From positions 97,120,521-97,178,410 of the forward strand of contig NC_068986.1 of NCBI RefSeq assembly GCF_001194135.2: 57,890 bases of DNA, given 5' to 3'. Of this stretch, positions 39,411 to 52,072 are shown one piece after another (position 1 is the first letter of the stretch; each line of letters starts with the position of its first letter). Position numbers and translations under genes: made by a program. The notes below the pieces were generated by a model. That model had not been told where the DNA came from. It did no database searches and saw only the letters and a list, made by a program, of their open reading frames with translations. Source of the DNA: Octopus bimaculoides (Eukaryota).

Positions 39411-40597
39411 CTGAAGAAATCTGTCTGAACTTTGTATAGATATACTATTTCAGTGAAATACTATTCACTGGTAACGAAAATTAGAAATAACAAATTTCTA
39501 AATCTCTCAGTGAGACTTAAGCAGTAGTGACGCGAAAAAGTAGTTGTATACTGTCAACTTAACGTGACAGTCCCAATAAGGGAATATATTGCTGCTGTTT
39601 AGCCCTAGGAAGCCAGACCTCTTCCTATTAGGCCTTGTGTCATATATGTATGTATGTATATATATATGCATGTATGTATGTATGTATATATTCATATATG
39701 GTGAGTGTGTGTGCTTGTGTGTTTATGAATTTGTGTGCGTGAGTATGTATGTGTATGGTGCCGCGTGGACCCAACTGGTGACTTGTAGGGTTTTGTATCT
39801 CAGAGATGTGACTGACGTCAAATACTTGGAATGGTGGGCGAAAGGTGCTTCACTTGTGAAGGTAAACGATGCGATGACATCAGACTGCAATTTGTGTTGC
39901 GTTTCATGCATAGGTATATGGTGCAATTTTACCTAAGTGCTACTAAGCCACGATCACAAAACACGGAAAGCAAATAATCTTGCCACAAGCAGACAGGGGT
40001 TGGTTATCCTAAAATTGTGCTAGAGTGAAAATGGTCTTTCTGGTACGTTGGCAAAAGGTTTGAAGTTCATTAACAAGATGTCTGTTTGATGAGAGCGATA
40101 GGATTCATTGGGTTCCCTGTTGGCGGATACTGCAGGCTGTTACAATATGTGCAGCTTCCCTCAGAGGCATATTTGACTAATACAAATTCAAAATAGGAGT
40201 AAGAATGGTCGCAGTCAGCTAGGCACCATATGATGTTGGTAACATCATTTTTGTGATGGTGGTGAGTATTTGATTCTGTTGTAATGAACAATGTTTGAGT
40301 CAATATTATCTAAGCATAACTAGCTAACCTTAAGATCGTAGGTGGTTGGAAACTTCAGCTTAATTAGGGATACAATGCTACCATCTACATTAATGGATAC
40401 ATCTCGAATGAATAGACGATTAAACCAAATTACCTTATAAATCTATTGAGCTTTGGGAATGAAGGTGAAGTCTCTATATACATAAAATTATCAGAAAAAA
40501 ATTACATAAATACACGTATGCACATATGCACGGGTATATCCTTTGGTGTTGCATTCAAGGATTGGCTATACTAATCACAGCAAAAGAATAGGAACAT

Positions 40598-40651
<54 letters not shown>

Positions 40652-41087
40652 GATATATAACATATGCATACACACACACACACACACACACACACATATG
40701 TATATATATATACTGGTTGAAAGTATGTGGAAAACATAAAAAGTGGAAGAGAAATGGCTTCGTTTCACATAAGTTAATATCTTTTTATAAAAAACAAAAA
40801 TATATATATGCATATTTTATGGATGTCGTGATATCCAACCAGTTTTCGCTTTATACATATACATACATACATACATACATACATAAATACCCCCCCCCCA
40901 CACACACACATATTTCTGTGTGAGTTAGAGGTTGGGAAACCAACTAACTAAGGGATAGTACCTATCCAATATACTGCTGGTAGTGTGCCCAATTATTCAT
41001 ACCCATGTGCTGTATATTGCGTGGCAATCTCGCAATTGAGTGTTGTATATGAGCGGTGGTAAAAAGTGGTTTACCCTTAACTTATAC

Positions 41088-41474
41088 GGCAAATAAGAAA
41101 ATGCAGAGGATGCAACAACGACATACATCAGCCGGTAAGACATTCTAGTATGTCTATTTATTCAAAAGTATTAGAAAGTATTAGAAGAATACATACACTT
41201 GTAATAACTATGTGTTACATACACATGTACTAATATTACAGAAACTAGCAAAAAAGAGCAATAGAGCGAAAGAGCAAAAGATCAGATTTTTTGCTCTTTT
41301 GCTCTTTTGCTCTTTTTTGCTCTTTTCTGTAATATTAGTACATGTGTATGTAACACATAGTTATTATAAGTGTATGTATTCTAATACTTTCTAATACTTT
41401 TGAATAAATAGACATACTAGAATGTCTTACCGGCTGATGTATGTTGTTGCATCCTCTCCATTTTCTTATATGCC
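41088..41474. repeat. Near-perfect ~387-bp palindrome (fold-back/MITE-like)
   Basis: The ~190-bp arms are reverse complements with about 8 substitutions and two 3-bp indels; the loop is only ~8 nt (near 41281-41288). Confidence 0.95.
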
Positions 41475-41479
41475 ATGTG

Positions 41480-41510
<31 letters not shown>

Positions 41511-41835
41511 GTATCGATTTGGAAAACTGTAATCACGCTACAGACATACGTGCACAAATATACACAAGTATATATAGTATACATTATGTGAGTACACACA
41601 CACGCACACACACACACATACACACACACACACACACACAAACACACAAACACTCACACACAAACACACACACACACGCACACACACATATGAATGTATA
41701 TATCTACGTATGTATGTATATATGTATATGTATGTGTGAATGTGTGTACGTGTTTCCATTATCAACACCAACACGACCACCAACAATAACGGCAATATAT
41801 ATAGCATGAAGTATTTTCAAATAAAAAAATATATA

Positions 41836-41959
41836 CAGTAATCCTTCGACTATTGCGGTTGTTGCGTTCTAAAATTTTTCACAGAAATAATTAAAATCTA
41901 AAAAAATATAAATGCCTACCGGCTGCAGAAATCCGCGATATAAATTTACATATTTTAAC

Positions 41960-41991
<32 letters not shown>

Positions 41992-42043
41992 GCGATCTAC
42001 TGAGTGCGGGATAGTTAAACCGTGATATGGTGAAGGATTACTG
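41836..42043. mobile_element. Tigger/pogo-type MITE (208 bp)
   Basis: TA|CAGTAATCCTTCGACTATTGCGGTT ... AACCGTGATATGGTGAAGGATTACTG|TA: ~25-bp TIRs starting CAGT, TA flanks and an internal poly-A. Confidence 0.85.
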
Positions 42044-42407
42044 TAATGCGGTTTGCTAGGGAATTTTAAAAGTTGAATGAAATGTCTTTTATCTTAGGTC
42101 TATGAGTATTGACTTGAGACTAAACAGTCCCAACGATACAATTAGCAAGAACAATATAACTATCACAACACCAACAATACCCGCCTACCATCACTAACAT
42201 CTAAACCACACATGAATGCAACTCACATCGTCACCATTATCAACCCACTAACCTGTTAATCCAACTGTTTACAATGGATATTAGCATGCGTGCCAACATG
42301 TGTGTAGACGAGTGTGTCTGTTTGTGTGTGTGTATTGGTGTATGTATGAGTGTCGGTGAATGTGTGTGTATGTGTATGCGTATGAATATTTGTTTGTGTG
42401 TCTGTGC

Positions 42408-42461
<54 letters not shown>

Positions 42462-42719
42462 TTATGTCTCAAGTCAGAGGTGCAAGGGGCGAATTGCCTA
42501 AAAGATCTGGCGCTCCTTCAGCTAATTCTAATCATATAGTACTTTCTCTTCTTCAGACTTTCACCTTTTCATCTTTATCATTATTGCATCAATAGGAATA
42601 AAACAATTTTTCCCCTCTCAGAAATCAGATATCTTCTCTGGGCAAATTTTTATACTACAACGCTGGTACCGTTGAATTTGCTTTCAGTTTAAGATATCTG
42701 GAAGAGCTATCAAGTAGAC

Positions 42720-44600
42720 CTGAATGCAGTAGTGCGAAAGGCACCACAAAGGAATTACATTGGATATCAAACCTGATATTTTAAAAAGATTTGATGCGGA
42801 AGTAAAACTAATTTATATTGCCAAAACGTTAAATCTTACAATGTCTACAGTGAGAAAATACTTGACAGCAGAGAGAAACTTATGCCAAGAACTCAAGAAA
42901 CTACTCTATTAATGTTCCGAACTTTATTATTCCATAGATCTAATGTGATGCTTAAAGTAGAACATCTTTTGAGTGTATGTATCGAGGATCACAAATGGTG
43001 CAATATACCAATAAGCACGGTGACAAGTCAAGAAAGGACCAAAAGTTTATATGACAAATTGCAGAAAAAGGAAGGCGAAACTTCTAATGAAAAATCCCTT
43101 TTTAGGCTAGTAAAGTCTGGTTTGAAATGTTTAAGAAGGGCCTGAATTCACACAACATGAAAATGACTGGTGAAACTGTGAACGCTGATATAGAACTGCA
43201 AATAATTGTCCTAAGCAGTTGCAGAAAATGATTACTGAAGGGGGCTGTACACCAGAGCAAGTGTACTATGTTGAGACTGCACTTGTCTGGAAGTGCATGC
43301 CTGTTAGAACTTTTATTTCTTGAGAAGAAAAATTCACACCCGGATTTAAAGCTTCCAAAAATCGACAGATACTTCTTTGGGGAGAAATGCCACTGGTGAT
43401 ATGAAAATAAAGCTTCTACACGTGTAACTCCCCGAAAATCTAAGGGCTTTTAAGGATTATACAAAATCCCTTTTTAAAGAGTAATTTAAAATTATTTTTG
43501 ATCCTGCAGTAGAAATGTACTTTGCCAGACATATTTCCGACAAAGCATTGCTTCTTTTAGACAATGCACCAAACTACCAAGCAAACTCAGTTGAACTTTC
43601 TGATAATGTGGGAGTAGGCTATATGTACGAGAATGCAATCTCTTTGCTCCAGTCCGTGGATCAAAGGGTAATAGTTAACCCCAAGGCATATCATATGAGA
43701 ACTTCCAAACTACATATGAAAGTAATTGACAAGGAGGTTAAACCTACTATCAGGGATTTCTGGAAGAAATTCAACATAATGGATGCTGTGGGATAATATA
43801 ATTCAGTCATTAGATGAAGTGAAACTTTCAACTTTGAATAATGTTTGAAAAAGTATATGGCCAGAACGTATCGGTGACATAACAAGTTTTCCTCGAGCAG
43901 AAAATCTAAAGCAGATTTGGAAAGATATTGTGATACTTGTAAATTATGTAGGGGTTTAAAAAGTCATAGAGGATGATTAGAGTGAGTTCATAATGTCCCA
44001 GAGATGGATATTATCTAACGAACAGCTAATACTATGAGAAAAAGAACAAGCTCAGAAGCTCCTTCTACACCACTTAAATTGACTACAAAAACTATTGTTA
44101 AAGGGTTGGCACTTATAGAGGAAGCTCTACAGGATTTTGCTCATAATGATCCCAATCGTGAACGTAACATATTAAAAGAGGGGTTTATAATGTGCTTAGA
44201 TACTATACTCAGCTGTACAAAGAGATGATGCGTCATAAACAATAAACGACTTTGCATATGATTTTTACCCCTCAAGTTGATGTTCGTGATAATAAACTAT
44301 AAGATTGTAAATATTGTCCTTCATTCTTCTAGTAACGCTCATTCCACCACCATCCCTCACACAGCAGTCAACAACTTTTGTGATGAGAACTTATATTACG
44401 ACTCTTATTATTTTCATGTATCAGATGATTATGATGGTTGTTGTTTGTTGTTTTCTTGTGCTTCTTTAAAAAAAAGTCTGTAGGGACGTAATCTGGTTTG
44501 ATAATATGAAAACCAATAGGAAAATCAATTTTGTAATATAGAATTTCGCGTTATGGTCAAAATTTCAGGAACGAAATGCTTCCGTAAGGCGAGGGTTTCC
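42720..44600 (+). mobile_element. Tigger/pogo DNA transposon, degraded transposase (CENP-B-type HTH plus DDE_1)
   Basis: KRFDAEVKLIYIAKTLNLTMSTVRKYL, EHLLSVCIED..WCNIPIS, HNMKMTGE, ETALVWKCMPVRTFI, GNATGD, KALLLLDNAP, LLQSVDQRVI, with many stops and frameshifts. Tigger-like 3' terminus gcgttatggtcaaaatttcaggaacg...cgtaaggcgagg. Left end not located. Confidence 0.88.
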
Positions 44601-44639
44601 TTCATAAGATTTGGTTTATTTTACAAGGAAATATTCTTT

Positions 44640-45039
44640 TATACTCTAGGCACAAGGCCTGAAATTTTTTGGGGGTGGGGGCCACTCGATTAGATCGACA
44701 CAACTGGTACTTAATTTATCGAACCCGAAAGGATGAAAAGCAAAGTCGACCTCGGCAGAATTTAAACTCAGAACGTAACAGCAGACGAAATACCGCTAAG
44801 GATTTCGCCCGACGTGCTAACGTTTCTTATTTCTTTATTGCCCAGAAGGGGCTAAACATAGAGGGGACAAACAAGGGCAGACAATGGGATTAAGTCGATT
44901 ATATCGACCCCAGTGCGTAACCCTGAAAGGATGAAAGGCAAAGTCGACCGTGGTGAAATTTGAACTCAGAACGTAACGGCAGACGAAATACCGCTAAGGA
45001 TTTCGCCCGGGGTGCTAACGATTCTGGCAGCTTGCCGCC
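44640..45039 (-). mobile_element. Two tandem copies of a tRNA-derived Octopus-type SINE
   Basis: GAAAGGATGAAA.GCAAAGTCGACC...AACTCAGAACGTAAC.GCAGACGAAATACCGCTAAGGATTTCGCCCG occurs twice (44709-44812 and 44925-45009). The minus-strand head is GGCGGCAAGCTGCCAGAATCGTTAGC; the left copy has a clipped head and a different 3' segment. Confidence 0.85.
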
Positions 45040-45835
45040 ATTTTACAAGGAAATATTGACTGCGACTCGACGTTTTATCGTGGACAAAACTTCCTCAAAT
45101 TGTATGTTCTCTTGTATTGCGTACTGGTTATATGTTCAAGAAACTTCTAGATAGTGTAGTGAGTGCATTGCAATCGTGGTTTTTAAATTAGTGGGTTTTA
45201 AAGTAAAGTAAAGTTGCATTGAAAAATACAAAAAAGAAATCCTCATAATCAATTGTTTGAGTGGATGAAAAATACAAAAAATAAAATAATGAATAGATCA
45301 TACTAAAATGAAGCTAAAACGCTTGAGTGGTTAAAAACTAAGGGAAGAAAGAAGTTGAAAAAATGAATTCACAGAAGTTGAAAAAATGAATTCACAGAAT
45401 GAGAAAAAAAAGTAAGAAAAGGGATGATGATAATAATGTATGTGATTAAATAACTATGTACGTATACTTGGGTCAATTTGCGTATTTTAATGTACGTATA
45501 CCCATCTATACACTCATGTTCGGTTATGTGAAAATGTAGGAATCTACATACGTGTGTATATGTATACGCTCCTCTGTATGGCCGTTTGTTGATGTAATGA
45601 TATATATGTAAGCATGTATATGGAAATATCTACATATATATACATGCACACACACACACACACACGCAAATACACAGACATACATCCACATAAAAATGTA
45701 TAAATACATATATGTGTGTATGTATGTGAGTGCACATGTATCTATATTTTTGTACATTTATGTGTGTGTGTATACATATATGTATATAACTACATACATT
45801 GATACATAGATACCAGTGTATATATATAAATTGGC

Positions 45836-45897
<62 letters not shown>

Positions 45898-46362
45898 ACA
45901 TGTGTATATATCTATACGTGCATAGAACTTATATGTGAATGTATATCTATGCGCATTCTTATGTGTGTATTTGTGTGTGTGTATGTGCTCGCGCTTGCGT
46001 GTGCGCATGCACTCGTATATATAGATAAAAGTTAAATCCGAAAAATTAGTACTCGTTCATTTTGGTAAATGAACCTGACATTTCAAGTACATGTCATGAA
46101 TCCCTATCCGTCTTAATTTCCCTATACATCTTAATTTAGCTCCACACTCGACTGATTTCAGCTAAATGATTAAAATGATACCCTTAAAAAAAGATATTAA
46201 CAAACAAGCAACAAAGAGAAAAGCAAAAAATCAAACAAAAAAAAAACACACACACACAATCAGTTGGAAATCAATTATCTATAGAATTCTATCTTCGGTT
46301 TGACCAACTTTAACCTATCCTCACTAAAAATTTATCAAGCATTTTCTTGTTGCTTCAGCTGT

Positions 46363-46401
46363 TGTTGTTGTCGTCACCGTAGTCGTCGTCGTCGTCGTCG
46401 C

Positions 46402-46447
<46 letters not shown>

Positions 46448-46700
46448 CTTCTTCTTCTTCTTCTTCTTCTTCTTCTTCTTCTTCTTCTTCTTCTTCTTCT
46501 TCTTCTTCTTCTTCTTCTTCTTCTTCTTCTTCTTCTTCATCATCATCATCATCATCATTATCATCTACTTTTTCTTCGTTTTCTTCTTCATCATCTTCTT
46601 TATCTTCTTTTTTTTCTTTTTTTCCATTCTCCTTTTCCTCCTTATCATTTGTTGTTGCTGGTATTTTCCTCCTCCTCCTCATCCTCCTCTCTTCTCTCTT
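46363..46700. repeat. Compound trinucleotide microsatellite (GTT/GTC/GTT/CTT/CAT/CCT)
   Basis: Direct inspection; it produces the poly-Q/E/K/S/F/C ORFs in the track. Confidence 0.95.
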
Positions 46701-46903
46701 CAATATCTTTCAGTTTTTATCCAATTCAAACAATTTGGCTCCAAGATAATATTCTCTGCAGTATATTTTTTCTTTTATTCATCCACTCAAATTATCGACT
46801 AAGAGGTTTCTTTTATACATTTCAATCCACTTTTTCTTTACTTTGCAACTCCTCCCTTTATGAACAAATCTTGTTTGCTTTCAACTTAACCCCAGACAAA
46901 TAG

Positions 46904-46953
<50 letters not shown>

Positions 46954-47389
46954 NNNNNNNNNNTATGAACAAATCTTGTTTGCTTTCAACTTAACCCCAG
47001 ACAAATAGACGCACACACACACACACACACACACACATGCAAACACAGATACACAAACACATGTGCATACAGATACATACACACACACAGCTTCAATAAG
47101 TGCTATGCACGAAATTCGACTCTAAGCAATTTGTAACTTCTGACGATGAAAATAATGCACACACACACACACACATTCACACACACATACATACACACAC
47201 AGAGGCACATACAGGCGCTCGCACACATACACAAACATCTACACGCACACATGCTCACACACAGTATCCACGCACACATGCACGCGCAAAATTACACACA
47301 CACATACCTCGTCGGCGTATATATTTTAGATACACGAAGATGACGTACAACGCTTCACATTTCGGCTCCGTATTAGGAGGTAATACCAA

Positions 47390-48130
47390 ACCGTGTGAAC
47401 GGCCACACCAGGATTAAATTCAAGAAGAATCTTAGAAATGTTAAAGAATCCAGCCCAAGTATAACTATTAGCGCCAAGGTAGAAAATGTCGACTTGCTGG
47501 ATGTCACCTGAACTTCTAGGTAGAAAATTCTAGCGAAGAAACTATTTATATCTATATGTATACCATCCACTCCTGTCTGTAAATTATGAAACTATTCACG
47601 ATCATCAGCAGAAAAATCTCGTCAATTCCAAGATAGAGAGAACGTTAACAGATCTTCACCCCTATATAACAAGATATTAGCCAGAAAAGCGACTTTACTA
47701 ATAAGCTAGCGTATATGCAGACCACCCATTCTACTACAAAACACGAACAGAGTTAGAAAAATAAAGATAATCTATTTCAGTCCTCTATTTAGTCTAGATG
47801 TATTTATTGTTGTATTAAAAACCTTTCTAGGCTTAAGAGATCATTTCTCATGAAACCATATAATAAAATCGTTAATGCTTATGACGTTAGTATTAGCTAG
47901 TCTTACTTAGATATTAACAGTTTCCGCAAAGACAAACACGCAACCACACAATATCCATCCCATACCACAATCTATAACTGACGCAACTCTACCAACTTTC
48001 CACTGGGAAGATTCTGCTTTCTAAAACTTCTTATCCATAATCGATTGTTGAATAATTAGAGACTATTGTACAAATTTGTTTTGCCAACTATAAGAGACCT
48101 TAACTCGGAATACCTCTTGGGTGGTATGAT
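47390..48130 (+). mobile_element. Degraded Penelope-like element (RT C-terminal part to GIY-YIG approach)
   Basis: NGHTRIKFKKNL...VDLLDVT, PLYNKILA, KIIYFSPLFSLDV (IIWFNPPFS-like) and CN*RNSTNFPLGRFC (CNCR...CPL.G.C-like), all broken by frameshifts. Confidence 0.65.
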
Positions 48131-48471
48131 ATATATAGTAGTTATTTTCTTGAGTCCCTAGGTTTAACACATATAGCAGTTTCCAATAATTCATTTCTTT
48201 CAGTTGATATCGAAGAAAGTAAGCTTGTCGTTATTATATACCCCAGTGATTTGGATGTGAGAGGTTATATTGCTAAATTTAAAAGTAAATGTAAATACTG
48301 GTTAGAAGAAAATACTTGCACATTAATCAATACATAGCTAAACAGTTTGACAATTCAGGAATTTTGAAAAACAAAAGACGATTCTAAAAAGATGGTTATT
48401 GCTGAAGGTTTTGTAAGCATCCTTCAAAAATCCGCCTCTATTACTTCGTGACTTAAAGGTGCATGTATGTA

Positions 48472-49331
48472 CGAGGTCTGATCAATAAGTATCCGGTCTG
48501 TTGTCATAGTAACGAACCTAAAGCATCCAGAGTGAAGTCGCTTGGGAAAGATTTGACATGAACTCTGCCCAGCTAAGTTTTAACTTTCTAGCTCACTTTA
48601 GCTGTTTACACCAGTGATTGGAAAAGTGTGTAGCGTATAATCGTCGCATTGACCATGACAGAGAAAGCTGTCATGGCGATACCTGCTCTGAGGCCTACAC
48701 AAAGCTGAAGAAAATGTATGGAGAGGAGTGTATGAGCCGCACACGCGTTTCTAAGATGGCCGAAAAAATGTCGATATTGACGAACGTTCTAGGATACCTG
48801 CAACCAGCAGAACTGAGAAAAAACATCGCAGATGTGCCTGCACCTCTGAGGATAAATCGTTGAATCACCCTCCGTGAGTTATCAGAGGATGTGCAGGTTA
48901 GTTATTGTTCAGTTCATCCCATTATCACTGAAGATTTGGGTATGAGACGCGTGTCTACCAAGTTTGTGCTAAATCTACTTTTAGCTGACCAAAACGACAC
49001 TTGAGATTCAGTCGCACAACATCTTGATTGTGTCGAGAACGATGAAAACTTTTCGAAAACTTTGCATTGGCCTCTGAGCAGATATCGCCAAGATTTTGGC
49101 AAAATTTGAAGGCGATTCTCTGCTCAATTTTCTCTGTCATGGTCAATGCGACGATCATACGCTACACACTTATCCAAGCACTGCTGTAAACAGCGAAAAT
49201 GAGCTAGAACGTTAAAACTTAGTGCGCATGGACAGATGGTTCAAGGTCAACCTGTGCCAAGCGGTTTTCTCTCCATGCTTTAGCTTCGTTACTGTAGCAA
49301 CACTCCGGATACTTATTGATCAGACCACTCA
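48472..49331. mobile_element. Non-autonomous mariner derivative whose 3' end is an inverted copy of its own 5' end
   Basis: Both ends carry ggtctgatcaataagtatccgg. The left ~230 bp and right ~270 bp are reverse complements and include the transposase start (MTEKIEQRIAFKFCQNLG, minus strand, to 49158). The middle encodes the HTH region to LGMRRVSTKFV...ENDENFSKT. Confidence 0.9.
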
Positions 49332-49409
49332 TGTATGTATGTTTGTATGTATGTATGTATGTATGTATGTATAAACACAATCTCAAACACATACACAAGG
49401 TGCATGTGT

Positions 49410-49676
49410 TGTTAGTTCGTCGGGCGGTCGCGCTTTTTAGGTGTCGGAGAATATATTTTCAATGCCCCTGGTGTAAAACACATGAAAGTTAGTGATAGAC
49501 AATCGACACAACTCACATCATGTCCATTTTTTTTCCGGAGCGACAGACATCGATGTTTCGTCATTGTCTTGACTTATCAATATCACACATCGAACAGGCT
49601 TTGCTGCAAGCTATCTCACCAACTATGACTATATGCTGAATGGTTTAAGAACCATCAGCCGCCCTACGAACTAACA
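49410..49676. mobile_element. Possible MITE with 18-bp TIRs
   Basis: tgttagttcgtcgggcgg / ccgccctacgaactaaca (17/18 match); no clear TSD. Confidence 0.45.
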
Positions 49677-50299
49677 TTTTGTTTATATACCTCGAGATGC
49701 TTCTAATTCATATTTGAATTGTTTCCAACAGATATAGAAGTTATTTAACAACTATAGAGGAAACAGACAGAATCACGAAGCAATAATAGCAGTCGTATAT
49801 CTATTTGTACACATAACTTCTACCATACAATCATACATACACAGATACGTACATATACATATATATATATATGCCGATTTTTAAAGGAAAGAAAAAGGTC
49901 AATAAATACTTGCCATTACATTTTTACTCAACCAAATATGAACCATTTTGTTGCACAATGCATCTCTATCTTTCCTTTAACTTGAAAATAATCTCTTCCC
50001 AAAATTGTGGTGGTTTCATGGCAAATAAATCGAAAGGTAAGCTACTATAAATCGGCACGAACTTTCCGGACAACATATATACATGTGTGTGTCTCTCTGT
50101 GTGCATGCAATAAAACCTCCATAAACTAGAAACTCCCGGACGGACATAATAATTACGAAAATTAGTATCCCAATCAAAGACAATTACATAATATGAACAC
50201 ATGGTATAATTTATACCATGAAACCATCATAAACCTAAAATACGAAGAACTCGCTGAACGAGTTGAACTCTACTGGAATTAAAACTTTAATGAAGAATA

Positions 50300-50870
50300 G
50301 CAAAACCACGAAAACGCATGATAAATAAAGCTAACTGTTAATAGAACATAGCAATGAGGAAAAAAACACATGAAACATATACTCCTATCTTCAGCTACCT
50401 AACGGACATCATTACAGTTTTCAAACATGTGCAGCACAATTGAATCGAGCTATGTCAACAACCGGGAATTAAAAGACAATAAGAAAGGGTCAAACATTAA
50501 CGAAGTATATCCCTTATATCTACAGCTGACTTACATAACACAAATCAAGACACCAAATCTCAAACATTAAGCGTCACATGCAAATCTATACATACGAGGC
50601 GTAGAAATTGAAAAAGTTAAAATATAGAAAACAGATAAATATAATCAAACTGACATTACCACTCAATGAACTGTAGAAGTTAAAAATCATAAAATATTAA
50701 GAGAAACTAGCGAACTAAACGTATAGAATGGAAATTACTGAACATTGTCGAAACACATACTGCAAATACTTAAAACGGAAAATAAAATAATAATAAGCGA
50801 AGGAATATTCAACCCCGAACTGTAAACAAATATATTAATTAAAGAACGAAGCAATTGACGTTAGTACCTA
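50300..50870 (+). mobile_element. Highly degraded PLE 3' (GIY-YIG tail) remnant
   Basis: A-rich strand with a fragment reading *IEWKLLNIVETHTAN, similar to the PLE Y.I.W.IL motif, and SYV/NN fragments. Weak. Confidence 0.35.
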
Positions 50871-50877
50871 CCAACGT

Positions 50878-51192
<315 letters not shown>

Positions 51193-51453
51193 CTATACAT
51201 TCTTATATCTATAAACATATGCCTACATAGATATGTGCGGATGTACTGGAATGAATACACATTTATTGACACAAAGTGACCATACATTTGTTTACAGGCG
51301 TATACGCACACTCCCACCCAAGGAGACATCTAAATCCCACAACATATGTATAACGTATCGTAAATAAAGTGTGTATGTATGTAATATAGATACACACACA
51401 TTAAAATACACTTGCCGACATAATTTCGTATATACATACGTGTGTGTGTTTGC

Positions 51454-51492
<39 letters not shown>

Positions 51493-51509
51493 GAAGTATA
51501 TTTGCCACT

Positions 51510-51681
51510 TAAATGTGGCTGACCCCGAGGGGTGGATGTTACTGTTGCTTTTAGCCCCAGGAGGACATCTCCTCCAGCTGGCTATCGGCACACATCTGTG
51601 CCCTGACTGTATTTGCCAAGGGAAGTTATCCTTCCCATCTTGATGGCAAATACAGACAGGGCACAGATGTGTGTCGATAGC
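51510..51681. mobile_element. Fold-back element truncated by a gap; 38-bp arms visible
   Basis: 51581-51618 is the reverse complement of 51644-51681 (36/38). The GC-rich left flank (ctgaccccgagggg...ttagccccaggagg) resembles a common Octopus repeat. Confidence 0.65.
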
Positions 51682-51968
51682 NNNNNNNNNNNNNNNNNNN
51701 NNNNNNNNNNNNNNNNNNNNNNNNNNNNNNNNNNNNNNNNNNNNNNNNNNNNNNNNNNNNNNNNNNNNNNNNNNNNNNNNNNNNNNNNNNNNNNNNNNNN
51801 NNNNNNNNNNNNNNNNNNNNNNNNNNNNNNNNNNNNNNNNNNNNNNNNNNNNNNNNNNNNNNNNNNNNNNNNNNNNNNNNNNNNNNNNNNNNNNNNNNNN
51901 NNNNNNNNTATATATATATATATACACCTGTATATGTATATATTTATATTTATATATACATACATACA

Positions 51969-52007
<39 letters not shown>

Positions 52008-52048
52008 GTATTTGTATGTACATGCATACATAAGCATACATATATATG

Positions 52049-52072
52049 TTAGGGTTAGGGTTAGGGTTAGGG
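52049..52072 (+). repeat. Interstitial telomeric repeat (TTAGGG)4
   Basis: Four perfect units embedded in TA/TG simple repeat. Confidence 0.95.

Noticed and set aside
40223-40267. Strong donor GTG|gtgagt
   Set aside because: Stops occur in two frames, and the only open frame would need a TAG acceptor with no pyrimidine tract.
45350-45397. 23-bp tandem duplication (similar short ones at about 35210 and 57262)
   Set aside because: Ordinary slippage duplications with no further structure.
46374-46703. Acidic poly-E/D/Q ORF on the minus strand
   Set aside because: It is made entirely of trinucleotide repeats, other frames are equally open, and there is no unique coding sequence or splice support.
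46859-47036. Identical ~50-bp unique sequence plus (CA)n on both sides of a 10-N gap
   Set aside because: A perfect duplicate across a placeholder gap is the signature of unmerged overlapping contigs, an assembly artefact.
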